Positions 12,390 through 25,240 of a DNA stretch of 64,000 bases are shown here, in pieces. Made by a program: the position numbers and the translations under genes. Source of the stretch: Camelus ferus (lineage: Eukaryota). Each line of letters opens with the position of its first letter. Position 1 is the first letter of the stretch. Location of the stretch: contig NC_045696.1 in NCBI RefSeq assembly GCF_009834535.1, positions 54,314,001 to 54,378,000 of the forward strand. The letters run 5' to 3'. The notes beneath the pieces are model-generated. The model had not been told where the DNA came from, did no database searches, and saw only the letters and a program-made list of their open reading frames with translations.

Positions 12390-12865
12390 CCTCTGAACCC
12401 CTTTTACAGGAGTGAGGGTGGGCAGTAAGCATACTATACACAGACTGGTGCTTATCTTTGTGACTGGCATCAGCATTTTTAAGACAGGTTTTTCTTTGAT
12501 GGAGGGTGGGGAGGTTACTATATTTGATTAGGAGACATTAATTTTTATGAGATAAATACAAAAAGAATCTTTATTAATCTAAACTGACTATACTGAAAAC
12601 TGTTTTTTTTTTTTTTTAATTTCTAACATCTTTTAAAAATCAGTCAGGCTACCCAGATAAGCTCGTTTTCTATAGCCAATATCTATTGTCTTGACAAAGA
12701 TGCTGTTATTTCTAAAGAGCTTTCAACTGCTTACTGGTGATATAATGATTCTTAGATTTGTATTACACGTCTAATTCCAAAATGCCTTTAAAACAATTAT
12801 GTCATTTGTCTAAAAGCAACTAATGAGGTGATGGGTGTGGGAATTATTCCCAGGTCACTGGTGGC

Positions 12866-12930
12866 AACTTTGCTGTACATCTGCAACTAACACAATACCG
12901 TAAATCAACTATACTTCAATAAAAAAAAAA
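12866..12930 (+). mobile_element. L1 3' terminal fragment with A tail
   Basis: actttgctgtacatctgcaactaacacaata...aatcaactatacttcaataaaa. Confidence 0.85.
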
Positions 12931-12948
12931 TTTTAAAGTAAAACTTAC

Positions 12949-13044
12949 TCTTGAGGACAGCTTGTGATATGAACTTTTATTTGTTTTTGTTTTTTGTTTT
13001 TTGCTACAATGCAACCCGATGGTCAATTCATAGCAGCCTTTAAG
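12949..13044 (-). pseudogene. Candidate exon, 96 nt, phase 0-0: LKGCYELTIGLHCSKKQKTKTNKSSYHKLSSR
   Basis: Acceptor gttctcttgtttaacag, donor AGA|gtaagt; only one frame open; contains an AAAAAC-type run. Confidence 0.45.
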
Positions 13045-13429
13045 CTGTTAAACAAGAGAACACTGGCATAAGATATCTCCACCTTCATTCATAGCACTCT
13101 GATGAAACTGAAGAATAAGGCAGTAGTGAGCAAGGATATATACTTTTTTCAGGAGCTTAGGAAAATTACCAAGTTGCTGACTTGGTGTTAAATGAAATGA
13201 GGGCAAATTGTAGTTCTGCATATTGAAGTTCTGAGCAAAAGGCTCAAGGAAATTGAGGCCAATAAAGGGCTGACATAATGAGAGGACACTGACCCTTGAT
13301 TTTATTTATTTAAAATTCACTCTCCTGTAGAACTAAGCTTTTTTTTTTGTTTTAAGAATATCTTACTAGAAATATGAGCCATGTACTCATAGGCCCTACC
13401 TTTTACTTACCTGTTTTTACTTGCTGGCT

Positions 13430-13885
13430 TCCATGTGGTATCATGGGTAAAAACATAAGTTCTTGGGTTATATGGTCTGGGTTCAGAATCCCTTTCTATC
13501 TGTTCCTAGCTTTATTTTTTTTTTAACTTGAAATATGTTTCAATTTCTTCATTTGTAAAATAGGAATTCCAACTATCTTTCTTCCAGAAAAGATTCAGAT
13601 ATTACAGGGCCTGAAGCTTATTATAACTGTGGGAAGAATGTCTCTATGAAAAAGCAAACACAAACACACAAATGACTACGAGTACACAGGCTCAGACCCC
13701 AACCTGGGTCTTGGAAGGAGGCAGTGTAAGTAAGCACCACAAAGCTTAAGCTTTGAAAGCCTCACCTCTGTATTCCTCTTTCTCAGTTAAAAAATAAATG
13801 AAGATTGAATAAAATAAACTAGGTAGCACATCACAGCACACAGTAAACACTCAAGTGCTAGACCTCATCCTCATTGTTATTACTT
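13430..13885 (+). mobile_element. MIR split by a MER45A-like insertion
   Basis: ggtctgggttcag...catttgtaaaatagg, resuming after about 13780 with acagtaaacactcaa. Confidence 0.65.
13585..13775 (-). mobile_element. hAT-Tip100 MITE, MER45A-like
   Basis: gggcctgaagcttat near one end, cttggaagg...aagcttaagcttt near the other. Confidence 0.7.
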
Positions 13886-14014
13886 TTACTGGAACTCTCA
13901 AAGGTGTCAGCATAAATAATATCCATTTATAATTCCTCAAATTTTACTTTTATTTTTCTGAGGCTAAACAGTAGATAGGATGAAATAGATTAATTAGAGT
14001 GATGCGTGTTCAAA

Positions 14015-14400
14015 CATTAGTTCATTCATTCATTTATTCGTTTACTGAGCAAAGTATATCACGCAGCTACTCTGTGCCAGGCATGGAGTGGAGAGCAAAA
14101 GAGTTAAGGGAGGGACACACAGGAAAATGCAAAACAAATTTAAAAATGAGTAATAACAGATGTGTATGAGTGTCATGGGGTAAGAAGAGGGCACTTCAAT
14201 AGAGAATATTGGGGACAGACATTAATTGGACATAACAGCAGAGGAAGACCTGTCGGGAGGTGATCATTATTAAGCAGAATATTCTGAAGGATCCCATCAA
14301 GAGGAGTTGGGAATAGCATTCCAGCAGAAGGAATATCATGTTTGGAGACTAAGCAGAAAAGAACATGAAATGTTCTAGAAATCTAGGCTCTATAAATAGG
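14015..14400 (-). mobile_element. L2 fragment
   Basis: ttcattcattcatttattc...ctactctgtgccaggc...agcattccagcagaagg. Confidence 0.8.
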
Positions 14401-15282
14401 TCAGATGTTCAAAGAATAAAGTGAGTCCAGTGACTAATGGTTCATAGATGCTTCAGTGAGATGAGTTCTTAAAAAAAAAAAAAAAAGACAAATCAAATTT
14501 TGATGTAATGGAGCCAAACACATAAAGCTTGGACTTGGGCTGCTGAAAACACAGCTCTCTCCAGATAATGATGAGCTTTTAGGACAGAACCGTCTTAATT
14601 TACCTTTTATGCTGGATTATTGATGCAAGCTTGAACAGGGAGCTTCCCTGGACAAGCATCCCCACTCCTGACAAGCACATTAAAACAGACCAGATGAAAT
14701 CCACCTAAGGACAATGTCTTAAATGTAAAACAGTGAGTGATTTGAGGGAATTCAAAAGAATTGGATTATACTGTCAACAATGATTTAAGGAAAGAAAAAA
14801 ATGTATTAAAGTCATAAAATTCAAGAGTAAGTAGTCCAGCCTAGAAGAGTGAAGAACTGGCAGGTATCATTAAAGGCTTCTGAAAAGAGATGTGCTTAGG
14901 AAAAGATGAGAGGTACAAATTGCTAGTAAGAAAGGGGAGGGGGTATAGAAGATACCTATATTTCAGACTTCCAATGTCTTCCTTTCAGCTATTCTGTTAA
15001 CTTCCAAGTAGCAGAATGCTACTCTTCACGCTGTGTATTCTTTCTGACATGGGGAGTTTCCTTAATAATTGTTTAAAAGGCAATTTTAAAGACAATTTGA
15101 TACTCATCTCATGGTCTAAACCAAAGAAAGAGAAAGTGGCAGTGAAACAGCTGAAGATTCGGAAGTAAACAAACCTGTAGGATACAACTGAGTGTCCTTC
15201 TTTTGATCCTTAATCCATGTTTTCACACCAAAGAAAATACTTGTAAGTTCTCTGAAATAATGACCCAATTTTAGTTACAACC

Positions 15283-15663
15283 TGCTATGGATTGAATTGT
15301 GTTCCCCCACATTCATAGCTGAAACCCTAACTCACCCCCACTGTGATGGACTTTGGAGACTGGGGCCTCTGGGAGGTACTGAGTTTAGATGAGGTCATGA
15401 GGGTGAGGCCTTCATAATGGGATTATTGCCTTTATAAGAAGAGACACCAGACAACTTGCTTCCTCCTCCTTTCTCTCTCCACTATGGGAAGACACAGGGA
15501 GAAGGTGGCCATCTTCAAGCCAGGAAAGGGCTCTTGTTGAGAAATCAAATCTGCCTGTACCTTGATCTTGGACTTCCCAGCCTCCAGAAATGTAAGAAAT
15601 ATGTTTGTTGTTTAAGACACCCAGTCCATGCTGTTTTGTGTCAGCAGCCTGAGCTGAGTAAAT
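15283..15663 (+). mobile_element. MaLR solo LTR, MLT1A/B-like
   Basis: tgctatggattgaattgtgttcccc...ccttgatcttggacttcccagcctccagaa...gcagcctgagctga. Confidence 0.92.
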
Positions 15664-18619
15664 TGGCTCCAGAAACAAATCAAACATATCCCATTCACAC
15701 CCTAGAAAGCATTCGTGCTGACCCCTTCTCCTTTTCAAGGAGCCAATTTCATTTGCACATAAAGAGTGAAGTTGCTAAGTATTTTTGCAGAGGCAGCCAA
15801 TCAACGCATGTTAAACAAAAACAATATAGGCATATGGCACCTGCAGAAAATCTAATTCCAGAGATGTTCTTATTAATTTAAATAGGGCTGCAGTGGCACA
15901 GCCACTGATTATCTGTGTCCAGGGTTACTCTGAAGATTCATGAAAGCATCAAGCATATTTTGGAGCCATATGGAAAATACATTCCTCTCCTGTCAACTCT
16001 TGCTTTGGATCAACTGTAGGATTCACCCAGGAGATTTGAAATGTCAACAATAAGGTCCCTGCTCTTTTCATCATCTCTGTCTTCTTTCAGGGTTCAACAT
16101 ACTTCTAAGCTGTTGGAGAATCTCAGTAAGATTGAGAGGTAACTGGAACTCTTAGAAACTCAGGAATAACATGAAAACGTTCTCAAGTTCTACCACTGCC
16201 TTCAGTTAGAAGCCCAAGGCTTCTTCTGACTATCTATGCCTGCACACTCTACAAATATGCACTCTCTAGGAGAATTCCATGCCTGCTCAGATCTGTCAGC
16301 CTGGCTTGAGAAAGGACTTTCTCAATCATGACATGCTCTGGTTCCCAGGATCAAGGCTACTATTCTGCTGGACAGAATATTCCCCTCCAATTAAACAATT
16401 GAAAGCACAACGCTGCCTGCTTCCTCCCTTCAAATGAGACCAGAATCTAAGTCTTTTCCACTATCTCTTATGTATGATAGGCGCTCCATATGTGCTGAAT
16501 TAAAGTTTATTCCCATCCATTATTATTCCTAGATGGGAGCATTAGTGGAGTGAACACACATATCTCCGCATGAGCTGTTTTGACCATGAGAACATGGCCA
16601 CCTACACAAACCATTTGGTTCTCAATGAGCCAGAACATCTGTGCTGGATAAATAAACACAAAAATAGTGACTCAGAAATGAGCACTGCAAACAGTTGTAT
16701 TTGCATTGCCTAAAAGCCCCATAGGCCCTGTACAGTTCATTATGACCATGTAGTAGGTCTTATATTGGACAAGACTTACTTATTTTAGGTTGTTTTGTGT
16801 AAGTTTAGAACAACAAATGGCATCTTCACAAGCTGCAAAACGTTTTATGAGTATTTAGAGGTCCTAACATTTTCACCTGTGCTGTCTTGATGGCTGGACA
16901 AGTACTTTTTTAGGCAGGACCAGTAACGGATAGATTTGAATACATGTTTTATATTTGGACCCTAGAAATGTTCAATTCCTAAACATTATTTTGTGTACAA
17001 CGTTCTTCTTTTCTTCCTGTGGTCACCACCTACCATTATCTGATTATGACTCAAAAGCAAGCATAAATGTGTGTTGATTTAGATGGTTAAGCATTCCAAT
17101 TCCAATCTGAATACATCCATCTTACCAAATGGAATGTTATGCAGACCTCTTGTCCTCCCTCCTGCTTGTTATGGCAGAGATTTATACCATAATCTCCCAG
17201 CACATCTGAATTAGAGCCGTGAGTCCCAATGGCAATTGTCTAAGGTTGTAATTATTATGGTAAAAACTTAGTCCAGCAAATCTTCCTCTCCTTTCATTTG
17301 AAGATTCACATTCCCTAATGCCAGATTCATATTTATGATGTTCTTGTTATTTAACAGTTTCATTTTATTTATGCTAAATGTATTTCTAACAAATTCTACC
17401 ATATTTTCATTATTCAACAAAATTTTCAAAGAAGATAGTAGATAATGATTAATCTTCAATATACAAAGTCTTATAACAAAGTCTTCAGTTGTCTAATCCC
17501 TTTCTGTCTCTCCCTTACCCTCTCCCACACACACATACATACACCAGTATTTGGACTAATAAATCAAAGAAAAAATTCCTTAGCATATAGAATAATTTTT
17601 GCTCTCAAATATTTCTCTCCTTCACACATACTTACATCACTCATTCAGCTAAAATCCGCATGCATCTTTTTCAATTCATTGTTGTGTATGCTAAAGTTTA
17701 TATCTCTTTGGAAGATTAATTAATACAGTCACAGCTAATTATCTGTATTTGTTCATATGATCAAGGCCATTACACACAGTGGACATTATTAAGACAATCA
17801 GTTTTTTAGCCTTTCAGCACAGGTCAGGATAAAGCCTTATCATTCTTCCTCAATAGGAACACTGGCCATCACAGGAGAGTGAAATGATATTGGTCCAGTC
17901 TGGTGAATGTTCATTCAGAATTTCAGTCTTAAAAAGTTTCAGTCTTTGTAAATGAATTCAGAGACAGGAAAAGAGGGGAGGGGGATCTCATAAGCTTGGA
18001 GAATTTCTCTTGTATCAAAATACCCTGCAATAATGTCAAACATAAGAGTATTACAATGACCTGAGAAAATCCTTGAAGAGGTTCCTCACTGAGGTGGCTC
18101 CAAAGGACTGATTGAGAACGTTGAGTATGAATGTGTGTATTTACCTGCATGTGTACAAGGGAAGTTGGGAGAAAAATTCATGTTTTAATATATAACCTCA
18201 GTCTGTAAGTCCATGCTCAACTATAGGGTACACAAGATTTGTCTGGGGACATTGTCTTAAATTAAGATTTCTGGAAGATCTACAGATCTGGCAGAAGGCC
18301 CTGAAATCTGCATTTTAGTTTCTATTCCAAGAAAGTTGTGAACTACAGCTTCTCTTTTCTTCCTTCCTAGATGATTAAGAGCCTACGTTGAAGAGAACAG
18401 TTTGGGAAGACAAGGCAAAGCACTCATCCATCAACTGAAGTTGTTAAAAGTTGGGCTGACAAATGCTCAACAACCAGTCTATCTAGTATATGTCAACCCT
18501 AATTTAAGAGGTTTCTAAACCTTTGAAAGGTCAATGTATATGCTGTAATATATTATAGGAGGGCACCATCCATCACTTCCTGTCTTCCCCCTTTCCTGTC
18601 CCTTCAAGGTTTTAAGCTG

Positions 18620-18990
18620 AGAAACTCAGAGGCCACATTATCACTGGGGCTCATGCTCCCTCTCCAAATACATTCTTCATTTTCCCCGAGTCTAATGCCT
18701 TGTTCTTTCCTACTTCAGTTCCTCTCCTTGCTCTCCTCAATCTGGAAGCCTTTCATCTACCTTATTAACCATACACTTTCTTAACTATCCAGACTAAGGG
18801 TGTATCCTCTCTGGAGACGTCTCCAGTTATCCATGTCCTTCCTGTATAAATTCCATGTCCATTTTTTTTTTCATTTTTTAAACATTATTGTTAATTGTTT
18901 TATTCCAGCTCCCCTATACCCCTTTGGATACAAAGGACACATATACTTGTATATGTCCCCAATACCATCTACACCAGATGCTTTATAAAA
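18620..18990 (+). mobile_element. Degraded L2 fragment
   Basis: Pyrimidine-rich L2-like 3' region. Confidence 0.5.
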
Positions 18991-18999
18991 ATTAATATA

Positions 19000-19300
19000 A
19001 AATAGGTTTCTCAAAAAGGGCTCTAAGGACCAACCACAAGGGAATTATCTGAAGCCCATGTGAAGTATGCATATCCTGGGAAACCCCACTCAACACTTGC
19101 AGGACCACAACCTTTACTTTTGATCTATCAGGATACCCTGCAGTATGAAACCCATTGGCCTAGAAACATATTTTCACTAAGGTGAAAATCATTTGAGGCC
19201 CTTGTAAAAATTACATTTTCCCTGAGCTCTGTTAGTCCTTCTGAAGGAAGGAGAATCCCAGGAGCAGTGGCCTAAGAATCTATATCTTTAACAAGCCCTT
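19000..19300. mobile_element. hAT-Charlie MER5-like fragments
   Basis: gtttctcaaa...ggacca and gtggcctaagaatctatatctttaacaagc motifs. Confidence 0.55.
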
Positions 19301-20239
19301 TTCATCTCTATCCTTGTCTCATCAACTAATTTAACCATTAGGAAAGGTGATGAAACTTTTTCTAAACTGTTAACAGTGCTTTCTTAAATGGATAAAAGCA
19401 CATTTCAGAGAATCGTGTAATGCTACTTTCTCAAAATTTTGCTTTAATTTTAATCTTTTCATTATTTAAAACATTCATAGTTTGAGAAATGTACACCAAA
19501 GAATAATGCATTCATTATCTAAATTATTTCCCCTGAGTGAGATAAGACACCTGCAGGTAATTTGGCTGCGTGTAGAAATAGTGGAATTTGTATAAGCTGA
19601 AGTCCTAACTTTGAAGTTTATGGATTCATGGATGAGGGAAAGTTATCCAATTTCTAGGAGAATCAATTTCCTCTTTAAAAAAGATGGGGGGATCACAATA
19701 TCAAACTTGCAAGATAATATATGTAGTCCAGTGTAGGGTGAGGCACAGGGAATTAGTCACCCCTGACTCTAAAATTCCAGCAAAATGGGGAAAGTATGTA
19801 AGGTACATGGGGGTGGAGGTAAGAGCCCTTGTTCAGATCATAGTTCATCTCTGCATCAGCAGAGAGATGACCTCTCCTTTTCAGGAGACTGACTGACAGT
19901 TTCTGTGGGCTGGGTCCCCATTACAGACCTGTGATTTCCACCCTGTATCTAGGCAGCAGTAGAGGACCGTTCGCCTCTCTCTTTAACCTCCCTCAACTGT
20001 ACAAAGTGCAATACAATAGCATTCTTAAATGCTCACTTACTTTAATAAACAAAGTATTATATTTGCTGTGGTAACTTAATAAGTAGACTAAATTTTGTAT
20101 AATCTCTTCTATTTGAGTTCCTTGTTTATCTGTTGTTTGCTGGAAATAACATTTTTTAAAACAACCATAATGAATGCTCTTACAGCAAAAACATATAAAA
20201 GACCAAATTTAAAATCATCTAATGAAAATTGCTGTTCTG

Positions 20240-21240
20240 TTTTTAAATATGTATTTCCACTCTTCCTAGAAATATACATTTTATTCTTTTTTAAATTGGC
20301 ATGGTTTTTATATAGTGTTTTTCATATCTAATGTTACGCACACTTCCACACTGGTTCAAATATTCTTTAAAAAATGGTTAATAATTGCTTAATATGTATT
20401 ACTATAACAGCTCTATTATTTGTTTAAATATTCTATTATTGGACATTTAGTCCTTCTGCTTTGCTATTGTAAGGAGTTTTTAAATAAATATTCTTATAGA
20501 TAGATCTCTGATTGCATCTTTAATTATTTTGTGAGAAGCCATTTCTAGAAGTGGTATTACAGGGTCAAAGGGAAAAAAGGTTTTTAAAGCTCATGATATA
20601 TATCTCTCCCAATTGCTTTCCAGAATATTGCTAATTCAAATTCCATTACCTGCTTCCTACACAAGAATCCAATCGTACCCAACAGCAAAGCTTAATAATT
20701 TTTTTTGCTACAATATTTTCTAAGTAAATAAACCCTAAAGGAAATTCCTTTTTACTTTACATGTATTTGATTACTATTATGGTTGCTCTTGTTTCATTTC
20801 TTCCTTGTTCATTTTCTATTTTTTGCATATTGTTCTTGCTTCCTTTTTCAGTGGGGCACTAATATTTTTCCAGTGACTTGTACATGCACTCTATGTTTTG
20901 AAAAATAAATATTTTATTTACTATATTAGCTAGACAAGTTTTCCTAGACTGAAATTTGCCTGTAAATTTTGTTTAGTTTAAATACTAATCTTCATTTTGA
21001 TAGATATATATTTTACTTTCCTGAAATGTCAGGGCAAGAAATCAGGAAAAAACCCACTGTACTGTTAAATTTTTCAAAAACTCAGAAAAGTTGAAAAAGA
21101 ATCATGCAGTGAACACCAGATAGCTACAACTTACATTCTAGAATTGTTTTAATTTAATTTTATAATTAATGTTTTAGGTTTTTATCACATATCTATATAC
21201 TGGCAATTGTTTTAATCGTTTAGTTAATTCTTTTTATATA
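20240..21240 (-). mobile_element. Old L1M/L1ME 3' fragments
   Basis: ttggacatttag...ttgctattgtaa...tctagaagtggtattacagggtcaaagg...aattgctttccag. Confidence 0.75.
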
Positions 21241-22094
21241 ATCCCACTTTCAGGAATTAAATCTAAGGAAACCCTCACTGAAGTCTAAGCACTATAAAAA
21301 GTAGGTCCTCTTTCTATCTTGCTTTCAATAGTATCCACAGCCTCTAGAACAGGGCTCATCACCCTGTAGCCCTCACTAAATATTTGACCAAATAGCATTT
21401 TCAATGGGGAGGCAGGGACTTTTCTTGCTCTAGAACAATAAAAAATACTTTTCAGTGTGTTTAAATCCTAATGTCATAAAATCTAGCTAGTGCAAAGCAG
21501 CATAGCATATTCTAACAGCCAGTCAGATGTAACTGGCCTACATAAGTGTGCTAAATGTCTGAAAAAGTATGCTCAAAAGCATGCTGAAAATATTACAAAC
21601 ATGAAATATCTTGCAGCTACAAATAAGCAAAAAGTCTGGGGATAAACTGCCATAAATTCTTGAAAATGCTTTGCATCATTTAATGACAGTATCCAATATC
21701 TGGGAGGGAATTAGGATTCAAAACATTTTCACTTCCTTCCATTAGATGATGGGCTAATACCGAAATGCCTATGAAGACAGAAGAACAAAAGGAAATGTTG
21801 CAGGCTAAAGCATCTGACAAGAACGGGGAAAAGTGTGTCATGGATTGTAGAATTTCTCTCATTGAGAGGGGAAGAGAAAAATGATGCATGATACTTCAAA
21901 AGAGAAAAAAAGTCTGTCATGAATCTTCAGAGTCTGGAGGGCCTGGGTGAGCAGAAATGTAGAAACAAGCTAATTACAGTCTATCTGCTACTCTCCTTGT
22001 TAGGAACAAAAAGGGAAGGAGACACAAATCTTCTACATTTACTAACAACAACAACAACAACAACAAAAACTTTTATTTTGTCCCTTTTCTCAAG

Positions 22095-22153
22095 AGTCTT
22101 GGAACAAAGCTAACTCTGCCATGTGGTTGCAGTTAAAATCACTTGGGAAGCTT

Positions 22154-22189
<36 letters not shown>

Positions 22190-22315
22190 AATGTCCAGAG
22201 CATATGCCAGATCAAGGAAATCAGAATTTCTTTAGGTTGGGGAGGGAGGGGAAGGCATTTACATAAAATACTCCCCAAGTCATCCTGATGTGCAGCGAGG
22301 AATGCAAAACACTAG
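22095..22315. mobile_element. MER5A-like MITE containing an expanded A33 run (22155-22187)
   Basis: aatcacttgggaagctt...aaatcagaatt...ccccaag...ctgatgtgcagc. Confidence 0.75.
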
Positions 22316-22929
22316 ATGAAAGAATGCAGCAAGAGGAGGAAGAGTCCGATGCTGTGAAGTGCTAAGTCCTTTCCAGAGTCTGCTCCCCCACTGTGACCAA
22401 CCAAAAAGAGGCAAAGGCAAGAAAATGCTTTCCAATGATTCAGATTTCAGCTATCTCTCACCCAAACGTCAGTGTGTGCACTGGTTTCTACGGAAAATGC
22501 TAGGGGGAGCTTTCATCAGAAGCTCCACCTTCTATTTGTATTTAGGGTGATGTACAAGTTATGCTAACAATGTAAAAAATGCCTCCTTCCCATGAAACGA
22601 AATAAACCAAAAACAACAATGAAAGCACTCAGCCCAGTACCTGTTGCACAGACTCTTGCTAAATCTTAGTCTCTAACTGCTCTGCTTTAGATGTCCTGAG
22701 GTGAAAATTAAAAATCAAGTACATTGTACTTGCCCTGAAAGAACAAGTTTTCATTTGGGAGCAGGGAGAAGGGGATATTCTTCTATGAATTGACTTTCTA
22801 AACATACTACTTTTTTTTTTAATCAGCATTTTACAAATTATCTCCACTTGACAGACAAGAAAAATTTTAATAAATAGAACGGGATTTGAACTAGAACTGC
22901 CTGAACTGAGTGTATTTTGCTCCTATAAT

Positions 22930-23525
22930 TACAATTTTCCCTATTTACACAACATTTATCCATTTCTGACATTTAGGGAACTCCTGATTTCTAACCATTA
23001 TAAAAACAGGTTAATAGTTTCATGTGTGTTATTTTTTTTCCTCCCTATTTAGACTTAAAGATAACCTTGGAAGGGAGTTGTCAAAGAATGTGAACATGTT
23101 TATGGAATTGTATGCACACTGTGAAATTGTTTGCCAAAGCGGTGGTCCAAATAGACAACACCTCCAGCAATGCATGATAGACAAATCTCCAGAGTATTTA
23201 TTTCCAACTTAATAGGTGAAAATGATATTTAATCTCATTGCTTAACTTCTGTTTTATTGGTGAAGAGGATCTTTTTTTATATTATATGTTTTGGGATTAT
23301 TCATCTATTGAAATTTTCACTTGTAAGCTTTGATAGAGTTTAATTTGTAGAGTTTTTCACAGTTGCAATCAGTATTTTCATGGCATTATGTTTAATGCTT
23401 ATTTCCCCAACTAGACAGTAAGCCCCTTGAAGGCAGATGTCATATCTATCATGTTCAATGTTGATTGATGGTGCCTAGCATCTTGCCTGGTATATAATGT
23501 GTGCTAAAATTATTCATAAATACAA
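22930..23525. mobile_element. L1M fragment (minus) followed by an L2 3' end (plus)
   Basis: ttgtcaaag...aattgtttgccaaag; then ccccaactagacagtaagccccttgaaggcag...gtgcctagc. Confidence 0.7.
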
Positions 23526-24925
23526 AGACCTATTTACTTCTGACATCTATTGGAGGAAAATGTGCAGTCTATTATATTTTTATGGTGTTGGTTTTATTGT
23601 TGTTTTGTATGGTTTAGGGTAGTCCCATGGCTAGGAAATGACCATCACAAAGTCATCCATTCTAAACAAAATTAGCATTGAAGAGTCATAAAATACAAGA
23701 AGCAGTTTGAATGGGATGGGAATAATCTAGGAAACTTTCCTGGGAGAGATGGATCTCTTTACTGCCAAAACCTTTTTCGAATAAAAGAGAGTTTTGTGGT
23801 CCCCTGTCTGTGGGGGGTTCTGCTGATAACCTTTTATAAGAGGTAATGGACCTAATTGAAACAACCTGTATTCTCTAGGCTGCAATGGACTTCTAATTAG
23901 CCCAATTAACGTGATGGCTTTAATTTGTAAGACAGGTAATGGTTGAGAATATGATTTCTTTGCAACCACTTCCTCTAGGATGTAAAACAACGATGAAGAG
24001 CAGCTAGAGCACTCCCTGAGTGGCTAAACACCGTATTTACTCATTGTATTTCCCTCCCCTTCTTGTTTCATAATTTTAAAGAGAAAATGAAGGTGTTTTT
24101 CCTCCACAGAACTCCCCCGGCATGACCCCTTTCTTAGGACACCCACCAAGAGCAGATGTGAAGTGACTCCTTTGAGTTTTCCTAAGGCCAGTCCAGTAGA
24201 GAACCCCTAACTGGAGGTCATATGTGTCCTGGTCAATGTTCAAAAATACTTGAGTTTTCCCTTTTCTGTTGAAATAAACATTATAATTATTATTTTTTTA
24301 AAAATCCTAAAGGAAACTATGATGTGTGCGTCTGAGGCAAACCACTTTTGTCACATCCTGCTGGTCCCCATGAGCGGAGAAACATCAAAATAACCTGCCC
24401 GCTGTCACTGCCTGTGGAAAGTCTGATTAGCTCTCCAGCAATCTGATCTATAGAAATGGCCTTTCCTTACTATCTCAGCACCCTCTCTGGGAAACAGCAT
24501 GCTTGCTGCTCTGTTCAGACTCCACAGTGATATTTTTTTTTTTTTTAGCCAATTCCCAGGGGATTCTGTTGGTTTTGAATATGTAAAGGAACCAAAGATT
24601 TTCAAAAAGAATTACTGAGCCTGATAGGGGCTTTTTGATTTATGTAGCTATCACCTGAAGTGAGAATCCCCTCTTTGAGGTTTAAAATCTGTTGGAGATT
24701 ATCTTCCTTCCTCTACCTATTAGCACATATTTTGGGCAAGTTCATGCAAATAAAATAGCAGCACAATTGGGAACCACCATAATAATTTCAGTAATTTGGC
24801 CAAGTATTTTCTATAGCAGTTATTAATAAGCCACATATTTCTCAATACCCTAAAGTTACTCTTGACAACAATGTTAGTTCAGTGTTTCTAAAATAATGAT
24901 TAAAAACAAATTTTTATCTTTCAGA

Positions 24926-25240
24926 ACTTCGCTGTCCAATACAGTAGCAATTAGCTACTTGTGGCTATTTAGCACTTGACCTGTGACCAGTCCAAACTCA
25001 GTTGGGCTGCAAGTCCAAAATACACACTGGGTTTTGAGGACTCATTACAGAAAAATGTGTAACATCTAATTAGTATTCTTGTGTTGACTGCACACTGAAA
25101 TGATAATAGTTTATATAAATGGTCAAAATAAAATACATTATAAAATTGATTTCACCTCTTTTTCCTTTTTCAGAAGTGTGGCTACTGGAAAATTTAAAAC
25201 TACATGTGTGGATTGCATCAGACTTATGTTGGCCAGCATT
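24926..25240 (-). mobile_element. hAT-Charlie MITE, MER33-like, near full length
   Basis: cgctgtccaatacagtagc...aaatacacactgg...gatttcacct...gtggctactggaaaatttaaaa...ttggccagc. Confidence 0.88.

Larger units (their letters stand above)
1265..13434 (-). pseudogene. Candidate decayed multi-exon gene, thioredoxin/PDI-fold (TXNDC16-like), possibly with a C-terminal hydrophobic segment and acidic tail
   Basis: About 12 minus-strand segments with polypyrimidine-AG acceptors and GT donors that join in compatible phases; 7 stops over about 300 codons. Recognisable TEs lie between, not inside, the internal segments. Similarity to TXNDC16 is recalled from memory, not searched. Confidence 0.45.

Noticed and set aside
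15412..15881. Overlapping 108-aa and 141-aa ORFs
   Set aside because: They largely overlap an MLT1 LTR and are chance ORFs.
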